Positions 54,920 through 64,000 of a stretch of DNA of 64,000 nucleotides are shown piece after piece. The notes under the pieces are model-generated. The model did not search any database and was not told where the DNA came from. It saw only the letters and a program-made list of their open reading frames with translations. The position numbers and the translations under genes were made by a program. The stretch is from the NCBI GenBank assembly GCA_964057225.1, contig OZ059897.1, positions 3,038,001-3,102,000 on the forward strand, given 5' to 3'. The DNA comes from Auanema rhodensis (taxonomy: Eukaryota > Animalia > Nematoda). Numbering within the stretch: position 1 is the first letter of the stretch; each line of letters starts with the position of its first letter.

Positions 54920-57900
54920 CGATTTTCACCCTGAAGAATTAATTTTTTCGTTGAATAACATTGTCCATCGTCTTTGCCTTGAAAAAAGGAATCTAAAAAC
55001 ATCTACTTTTTGTGAAATTATTTAGAAATTTTTCGGGAAAATTTTTGTCACAATGTTTTTGGAAGCAATGTTGAGTGTACATGGGAACTCAGCATACACT
55101 AATGCATTATTTTTCAAACGATCATAACTAATTTTTGTATAGAGCGTTTCTCAATGTAGTATAGTGCATTCGATGCGGATTTTTAAGCTGCGTCGATCTG
55201 TGTTATCAGATTTGAGTTAGCTTAAAAATGCACCGAGATATCAACTGATATATGTTCACACTTATATCCTCGATTTTCACCCTGAAGAAATAATTTTTTC
55301 GTTGAAAAACATTGTCCATCGTCTTTGCCTTGAAAAAAGGAATCTAAAAACATCTACTTTTTGTGAAATTATTTAGAAATTTTTCGGGAAAATTTTTGTC
55401 ACAATGTTTTTGAAAGCAATGTTGAGTGTACATGGAAACTCAACATACACTAATGCATCATTTTTCAAACGATCATAGCTAATTTTTGTATTGAGCGTTT
55501 CTCAATGTAGTATAGTGCATTCGATGCGGATTTTTAAGCTGCGTCGATCTGTGTTATCAGATTTGCGCTAGCTTGAAAATGCACCGAGATATCAACTGAT
55601 ATAGGTTCACACTTATATCCTCGATTTTCACCCTGAAGAATTAATTTTTTCGTTGAATAACATTGTCCATCGTTTTCGCCTTGAAAAAAGGAATCTAAAA
55701 ACATCTACTTTTTGTGAAATTATTTAGAAATTTTTCGGGAAAATTTTTGTCAAAATGTTTTTGGAAGCAATGTTGAGTGTACATGGGAACTCAACATACA
55801 CTAATGCATTATTTTTCAAACGATCATAACTTATTTCTGTAAATAGCGTTTCTCAATGTAGTATAGTGCATTCGATGCGGATTTGTAAGCTGCGTCGATC
55901 TGTGTTATCAGATTTGAGTTAGCTTAAAAATGCACCGAGATATCAACTGATATATGTTCACACTTATATCCTCGATTTTCACCCTGAAGAAATGATTTTT
56001 TCGTTGAAAAACATTGTCCATCGTATTCGTCTTGAAAAAAGGAATCTAAAAACATCTACTTTTTGTGAAATTATTTAGAAATTTTTCGGGAAAATTTTTG
56101 TCAAAATGTTTTTGGAAGCAATGTTGAGTGTACATGGGAACTCAACATACACTAATGCATTATTTTTCAAACGATCATAACTAATTTTTGTATAGAGCGT
56201 TTCTCAATGTAGTATAGTGCATTCGATGCGGATTTTTAAGCTGCGTCGATCTGTGTTATCAGATTTGCGCTAGCTTGAAAATGCACCGAGATATCAACTG
56301 ATATAGGTTCACACTTATATCCTCGATTTTCACCCTGAAGAATTAATTTTTTCGTTGAATAACATTGTCCATCGTCTTTGCCTTGAAAAAAAGGATTTAA
56401 AAACATCTACTTTTTGTGAAATTATTTAGAAATTTTTCGGGAAAATTTTTGTCACAATGTTTTTGGAAGCAATGTTGAGTGTACATGGGAACTCAGCATA
56501 CACTAATGCATTATTTTTCAAACGATCATAACTAATTTTTGTATAGAGCGTTTCTCAATGTAGTATAGTGCATTCGATGCGGATTTGTAAGCTGCGTCGA
56601 TCTGTGTTATCAGATTTGAGTTAGCTTAAAAATGCACCGAGATATCAACTGATATATGTTCACACTTATATCCTCGATTTTCACCCTGAAGAAATGATTT
56701 TTTCGTTGAAAAACATTGTCCATCGTCTTTGCCTTGAAAAAAAGGAATCTAAAAACATCTACTTTTTGTGAAATTATTTAGAAATTTTTCGGGAAAATTT
56801 TTGTCAAAATGTTTTTGGAAGCAATGTTGAGTGTACATGGGAACTCAACATACACTAATGCATTATTTTTCAAACGATCATAACTAATTTTTGTATAGAG
56901 CGTTTCTCAATGTAGTATAGTGCATTCGATGCGGATTTTTAAGCTGCGTCGATCTGTGTTATCAGATTTGCGCTAGCTTGAAAATGCACCGAGATATCAA
57001 CTGATATAGGTTCACACTTATATCCTCGATTTTCACCCTGAAGAATTAATTTTTTCGTTGAATAACATTGTCCATCGTCTTTGCCTTGAAAAAAGGAATC
57101 TAAAAACATCTACTTTTTGTGAAATTATTTAGAAATTTTTCGGGAAAATTTTTGTCACAATGTTTTTGGAAGCAATGTTGAGTGTACATGGGAACTCAGC
57201 ATACACTAATGCATTATTTTTCAAACGATCATAACTAATTTTTGTATAGAGCGTTTCTCAATGTAGTATAGTGCATTCGATGCGGATTTTTAAGCTGCGT
57301 CGATCTGTGTTATCAGATTTGCGCTAGCTTAAAAATGCACCGAGATATCAACTGATATAGGTTCACACTTATATCCTCGATTTTCACCCTGAAGAATTAA
57401 TTTTTTCGTTGAATAACATTGTCCATCGTCTTTGCCTTGAAAAAAGGAATCTAAAAACATCTACTTTTTGTGAAATTATTTAGAAATTTTTCGGGAAAAT
57501 TTTTGTCACAATGTTTTTGGAAGCAATGTTGAGTGTACATGGGAACTCAGCATACACTAATGCATTATTTTTCAAACGATCATAACTAATTTTTGTATAG
57601 AGCGTTTCTCAATGTAGTATAGTGCATTCGATGCGGATTTTTAAGCTGCGTCGATCTGTGTTATCAGATTTGAGTTAGCTTAAAAATGCACCGAGATATC
57701 AACTGATATATGTTCACACTTATATCCTCGATTTTCACCCTGAAGAAATAATTTTTTCGTTGAAAAACATTGTCCATCGTCTTTGCCTTGAAAAAAGGAA
57801 TCTAAAAACATCTACTTTTTGTGAAATTATTTAGAAATTTTTCGGGAAAATTTTTGTCACAATGTTTTTGAAAGCAATGTTGAGTGTACATGGAAACTCA

Positions 57901-59835
57901 ACATACACTAATGCATCATTTTTCAAACGATCATAGCTAATTTTTGTATTGAGCGTTTCTCAATGTAGTATAGTGCATTCGATGCGGATTTTTAAGCTGC
58001 GTCGATCTGTGTTATCAGATTTGCGCTAGCTTGAAAATGCACCGAGATATCAACTGATATAGGTTCACACTTATATCCTCGATTTTCACCCTGAAGAATT
58101 AATTTTTTCGTTGAATAACATTGTCCATCGTTTTCGCCTTGAAAAAAGGAATCTAAAAACATCTACTTTTTGTGAAATTATTTAGAAATTTTTCGGGAAA
58201 ATTTTTGTCAAAATGTTTTTGGAAGCAATGTTGAGTGTACATGGGAACTCAACATACACTAATGCATTATTTTTCAAACGATCATAACTTATTTCTGTAA
58301 ATAGCGTTTCTCAATGTAGTATAGTGCATTCGATGCGGATTTGTAAGCTGCGTCGATCTGTGTTATCAGATTTGAGTTAGCTTAAAAATGCACCGAGATA
58401 TCAACTGATATATGTTCACACTTATATCCTCGATTTTCACCCTGAAGAAATGATTTTTTCGTTGAAAAACATTGTCCATCGTATTCGTCTTGAAAAAAGG
58501 AATCTAAAAACATCTACTTTTTGTGAAATTATTTAGAAATTTTTCGGGAAAATTTTTGTCAAAATGTTTTTGGAAGCAATGTTGAGTGTACATGGGAACT
58601 CAACATACACTAATGCATTATTTTTCAAACGATCATAACTAATTTTTGTATAGAGCGTTTCTCAATGTAGTATAGTGCATTCGATGCGGATTTTTAAGCT
58701 GCGTCGATCTGTGTTATCCGATTTGCGCTAGCTTGAAAATGCACCGAGATATCAACTGATATAGGTTCACACTTATATCCTCGATTTTCACCCTGAAGAA
58801 TTAATTTTTTCGTTGAATAACATTGTCCATCGTCTTTGCCTTGAAAAAAAGGATTTAAAAACATCTACTTTTTGTGAAATTATTTAGAAATTTTTCGGGA
58901 AAATTTTTGTCACAATGTTTTTGGAAGCAATGTTGAGTGTACATGGGAACTCAGCATACACTAATGCATTATTTTTCAAACGATCATAACTAATTTTTGT
59001 ATAGAGCGTTTCTCAATGTAGTATAGTGCATTCGATGCGGATTTGTAAGCTGCGTCGATCTGTGTTATCAAATTTGAGTTAGCTTAAAAATGCACCGAGA
59101 TATCAACTGATATATGTTCACACTTATATCCTCGATTTTCACCCTGAAGAAATGATTTTTTCGTTGAAAAACATTGTCCATCGTCTTTGCCTTGAAAAAA
59201 AGGAATCTAAAAACATCTACTTTTTGTGAAATTATTTAGAAATTTTTCGGGAAAATTTTTGTCAAAATGTTTTTGGAAGCAATGTTGAGTGTACATGGGA
59301 ACTCAACATACACTAATGCATTATTTTTCAAACGATCATAACTAATTTTTGTATAGAGCGTTTCTCAATGTAGTATAGTGCATTCGATGCGGATTTTTAA
59401 GCTGCGTCGATCTGTGTTATCAGATTTGCGCTAGCTTGAAAATGCACCGAGATATCAACTGATATAGGTTCACACTTATATCCTCGATTTTCACCCTGAA
59501 GAATTAATTTTTTCGTTGAATAACATTGTCCATCGTCTTTGCCTTGAAAAAAGGAATCTAAAAACATCTACTTTTTGTGAAATTATTTAGAAATTTTTCG
59601 GGAAAATTTTTGTCACAATGTTTTTGGAAGCAATGTTGAGTGTACATGGGAACTCAGCATACACTAATGCATTATTTTTCAAACGATCATAACTAATTTT
59701 TGTATAGAGCGTTTCTCAATGTAGTATAGTGCATTCGATGCGGATTTTTAAGCTGCGTCGATCTGTGTTATCAGATTTGCGCTAGCTTAAAAATGCACCG
59801 AGATATCAACTGATATATGTTCACACTTATATCCT
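54920..59835. repeat. Local higher-order repeat: 7-mer (2458 bp) x2
   Basis: GAAATAATT+GAAAGC units at 55271/57729; AAGGATTTAA at 56324/58782; 352-bp units at 56675/59133. The offset is 2458 throughout. Confidence 0.92.
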
Positions 59836-62800
59836 CGATTTTCACCCTGAAGAAATGATTTTTTCGTTGAAAAACATTGTCCATCGTATTCGTCTTGAAA
59901 AAAGGAATCTAAAAACATCTACTTTTTGTGAAATTATTTAGAAATTTTTCGGGAAAATTTTTGTCAAAATGTTTTTGGAAGCAATGTTGAGTGTACATGG
60001 GAACTCAACATACACTAATGCATTATTTTTCAAACGATCATAACTAATTTTTGTATAGAGCGTTTCTCAATGTAGTATAGTGCATTCGATGCGGATTTGT
60101 AAGCTGCGTCGATCTGTGTTATCAGATTTGAGTTAGCTTAAAAATGCACCGAGATATCAACTGATATATGTTCACACTTATATCCTCGATTTTCACCCTG
60201 AAGAAATGATTTTTTCGTTGAAAAACATTGTCCATCGTATTCGTCTTGAAAAAAGGAATCTAAAAACATCTACTTTTTGTGAAATTATTTAGAAATTTTT
60301 CGGGAAAATTTTTGTCAAAATGTTTTTGGAAGCAATGTTGAGTGTACATGGGAACTCAACATACACTAATGCATTATTTTTCAAACGATCATAACTAATT
60401 TTTGTATAGAGCGTTTCTCAATGTAGTATAGTGCATTCGATGCGGATTTTTAAGCTGCGTCGATCTGTGTTATCAGATTTGCGCTAGCTTGAAAATGCAC
60501 CGAGATATCAACTGATATAGGTTCACACTTATATCCTCGATTTTCACCCTGAAGAATTAATTTTTTCGTTGAATAACATTGTCCATCGTCTTTGCCTTGA
60601 AAAAAGGAGTCTAAAAACATCTACTTTTTGTGAAATTATTTAGAAATTTTTCGGGAAAATTTTTGTCACAATGTTTTTGGAAGCAATGTTGAGTGTACAT
60701 GGGAACTCAGCATACACTAATGCATTATTTTTCAAACGATCATAACTAATTTTTGTATAGAGCGTTTCTCAATGTAGTATAGTGCATTCGATGCGGATTT
60801 TTAAGCTGCGTCGATCTGTGTTATCAGATTTGAGTTAGCTTAAAAATGCACCGAGATATCAACTGATATATGTTCACACTTATATCCTCGATTTTCACCC
60901 TGAAGAAATAATTTTTTCGTTGAAAAACATTGTCCATCGTATTCGTCTTGAAAAAAAGAATCTAAAAACATCTACTTTTTGTGAAATTATTCAGAAATTT
61001 TTCGGGAAAATTTTTGTCAAAATGTTTTTGGAAGCAATGTTGAGTGTACATGGGAACTCAACATACACTAATGCATTATTTTTCAAACGATCATAACTAA
61101 TTTTTGTATGGAGCGTTTCTCAATGTAGTATAGTGCATTCGATGCGGATTTTTAAGCTGCGTTGATCTGTGTTATCAGATTTGCGCTAGCTTAAAAATGC
61201 ACCGAGTAATCAACTGATATAGGTTCACACTTATATCCTCGATTTTCACCCTGAAGAATTAATTTTTTCGTTGAATAACATTGTCCATTGTTTTTGCCTT
61301 GAAAAAAGAAATCTAAAAACTCCTACTTTTTGTGAAATTATTTAGAAATTTTTCGGGAAAATTTTTGTCACAATGTTTTTGGAAGCAATGTTGAGTGTAC
61401 ATGGGAACTCAGCATACACTAATGCCTTATTTTTCAAACGATCATAACTAATTTTTGTATAGAGCGTTTCTCAATGTAGTATAGTGCATTCGATGCGGAT
61501 TTTTAAGCTGCGTCGATCTGTGTTATCAGATTTGAGTTAGCTTAAAAATGCACCGAGATATCAACTGATATATGTTCACACTTATATCCTCGATTTTCAC
61601 CCTGAAGAAATGATTTTTTCGTTGAAAAACATTGTCCATCGTATTTGTCTTGAAAAAAGGAATCTAAAAACATCTACTTTTTGTGAAATTATTCAGAAAT
61701 TTTTCGGGAAAATTTTTGTCAAAATGTTTTTGGAAGCAATGTTGAGTGTACATGGGAACTCAGCATACACTAATGCATTATTTTTCAAACGATCATAACT
61801 AATTTTTGTATAGAGCGTTTCTCAATGTAGTATAGTGCATTCGATGCGGATTTTTAAGCTGCGTCGATCTGTGTTATCAGATTTGAGTTAGCTTAAAAAT
61901 GCACCGAGATATCAACTGATATATGTTCACACTTATATCCTCGATTTTCACCCTGAAGAAATGATTTTTTCGTTGAAAAACATTGTCCATCGTATTTGTC
62001 TTGAAAAAAGGAATCTAAAAACATCTACTTTTCGTGAAATTATTTAGAAATTTTTCGGGAAAATTTTTGTCAAAATGTTTTTGGAAGCAATGTTGAGTGT
62101 ACATGGGAACTCAACATACACTAATGCATTATTTTTCAAACGATCATAACTAATTTTTTATAGAGCGTTTCTCAATGTAGTATAGTGCATTCGATGCGGA
62201 TTTTTAAGCTGCGTCGATCTGTGTTATCAGATTTGAGTTAGCTTAAAAATGCACCGAGATATCAACTGATATATGTTCACACTTATATCCTCGATTTTCA
62301 CCCTGAAGAAATGATTTTTTCGTTGAAAAACATTGTCCATCGTATTCGTCTTGAAAAAAGGAATCTAAAAACATCTACTTTTTGTGAAATTATTTAGAAA
62401 TTTTTCGGGAAAATTTTTGTCAAAATGTTTTTGGAAGCAATGTTGAGTGTACATGGGAACTCAACATACACTAATGCATCATTTTTCAAACGATCATAAC
62501 TTATTTTTGTATAGAGCGTTTCTCAATGTAGTTTAGTGCATTCGATGCGGATTTTTAAGCTGCGTCGATCTGTGTTATCAGATTTGAGTTAGCTTAAAAA
62601 TGCACCGAGATATCAACTGATATATGTTCACACTTATATCCTCGATTTTCACCCTGAAGAAATGATTTTTTCGTTGAAAAACATTGTCCATCGTATTCGT
62701 CTTGAAAAAAGGAATCTAAAAACATCTACTTTTTGTGAAATTATTTAGAAATTTTTCGGGAAAATTTTTGTCAAAATGTTTTTGGAAGCAATGTTGAGTG

Positions 62801-64000
62801 TACATGGGAACTCAGCATACACTAATGCATTATTTTTCAAACGATCATAACTAATTTTTGTATAGAGTGTTTCTCAATGTAGTATAGTGCATTCGATGCG
62901 GATTTTTAAGCTGCGTCGATCTGTGTTATCAGATTTGAGTTAGCTTAAAAATGCACCGAGATATCAACTGATATATGTTCACACTTATATCCTCGATTTT
63001 CACCCTGAAGAAATGATTTTTTCGTTGAAAAACATTGTCCATCGTATTTGTCTTGAAAAAAGGAATCTAAAAACATCTACTTTTCGTGAAATTATTTAGA
63101 AATTTTTCGGGAAAATTTTTGTCAAAATGTTTTTGGAAGCAATGTTGAGTGTACATGGGAACTCAACATACACTAATGCATTATTTTTCAAACGATCATA
63201 ACTAATTTTTTTATAGAGCGTTTCTCAATGTAGTATAGTGCATTCGATGCGGATTTTTAAGCTGCGTCGATCTGTGTTATCAGATTTGAGTTAGCTTAAA
63301 AATGCACCGAGATATCAACTGATATATGTTCACACTTATATCCTCGATTTTCACCCTGAAGAAATGATTTTTTCGTTGAAAAACATTGTCCATCGTATTC
63401 GTCTTGAAAAAAGGAATCTAAAAACATCTACTTTTTGTGAAATTATTTAGAAATTTTTCGGGAAAATTTTTGTCAAAATGTTTTTGGAAGCAATGTTGAG
63501 TGTACATGGGAACTCAACATACACTAATGCATCATTTTTCAAACGATCATAACTTATTTTTGTATAGAGCGTTTCTCAATGTAGTTTAGTGCATTCGATG
63601 CGGATTTTTAAGCTGCGTCGATCTGTGTTATCAGATTTGCGCTAGCTTAAAAATACACCGAGATATCAACTGATATATGTTCACACTTATATTCTCGATT
63701 TTCACCCTGAAGAATTAATTTTTTCGTTGAATAACATTGTCCATCGTCTTCGTCTTGAAAAAAGGAATCTAAAAACATCTACATTTTGTGAAATTATTTA
63801 GAAATTTTTCGGGAAAATTTTTGTCAAAATGTTTTTGAAAGCAATGTTGAGTGTACATGGAAACTCAACATACACTAATGCATCATTTTTCAAACGATCA
63901 TAGCTAATTTTTGTATGGAGCGTTTCTCAATGTAGTATAGTGCATTCGATGCGGATTTTTAAGCTGCGTTGATCTGTGTTATCAGATTTGCGCTAGCTTA

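Larger units (their letters stand above)
1..64000. repeat. Tandem satellite DNA array, 351-bp AT-rich monomer, 182 complete + 1 partial copies, head-to-tail
   Basis: CGATTTTCACCCTGAAG recurs at 1, 352, 703, 1053, 1404 ... 63345, 63696. The period is 351 bp except for 350-bp units (703, 32912, 61942), 352/353-bp units (25272, 41272, 56675, 59133) and nine 330-bp units. Copies differ only by scattered substitutions and these indels, and the array runs off both window edges. Confidence 0.99.

Noticed and set aside
1072-61798. 14 near-identical 62-aa ORFs (MIFSLKNIVHRIRLEKK...)
   Set aside because: They appear only where a T>C at pos 104 turns TAG into CAG in a monomer that also has the ATG allele. 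Most monomers have the stop or lack the ATG. The F/K/N/I-rich composition reflects A/T tracts, and I recognise no domain. Not called CDS.
1-64000. CRISPR array
   Set aside because: There are no unique spacers: the entire 351 bp repeats. No cas genes are present.

Overview
The whole 64-kb window is one uninterrupted head-to-tail tandem array (satellite DNA) of an AT-rich 351-bp monomer. By hand count the first monomer is about 32% GC, and the window holds 182 complete copies plus one partial copy, all in the same orientation. I see no genes, transposon insertions, inversions or unique sequence. The 14 listed 62-aa ORFs are a by-product of a TAG/CAG polymorphism in the monomer. The array is structured: linked allele sets (subfamilies), short local higher-order repeats of 2, 3, 4 and 7 monomers, multi-kb dispersed block duplications, and nine 330-bp monomers sharing one 21-bp deletion. 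The monomer itself is packed with inverted repeats, including a ~51-nt hairpin. The A-type monomer can be drawn by hand as a hammerhead-ribozyme-like core on the + strand, which is a hypothesis only. A eukaryotic (peri)centromeric or heterochromatic origin is an inference; the organism and satellite family are not identified. 'pos' means position within a monomer starting at CGATTTTCAC.
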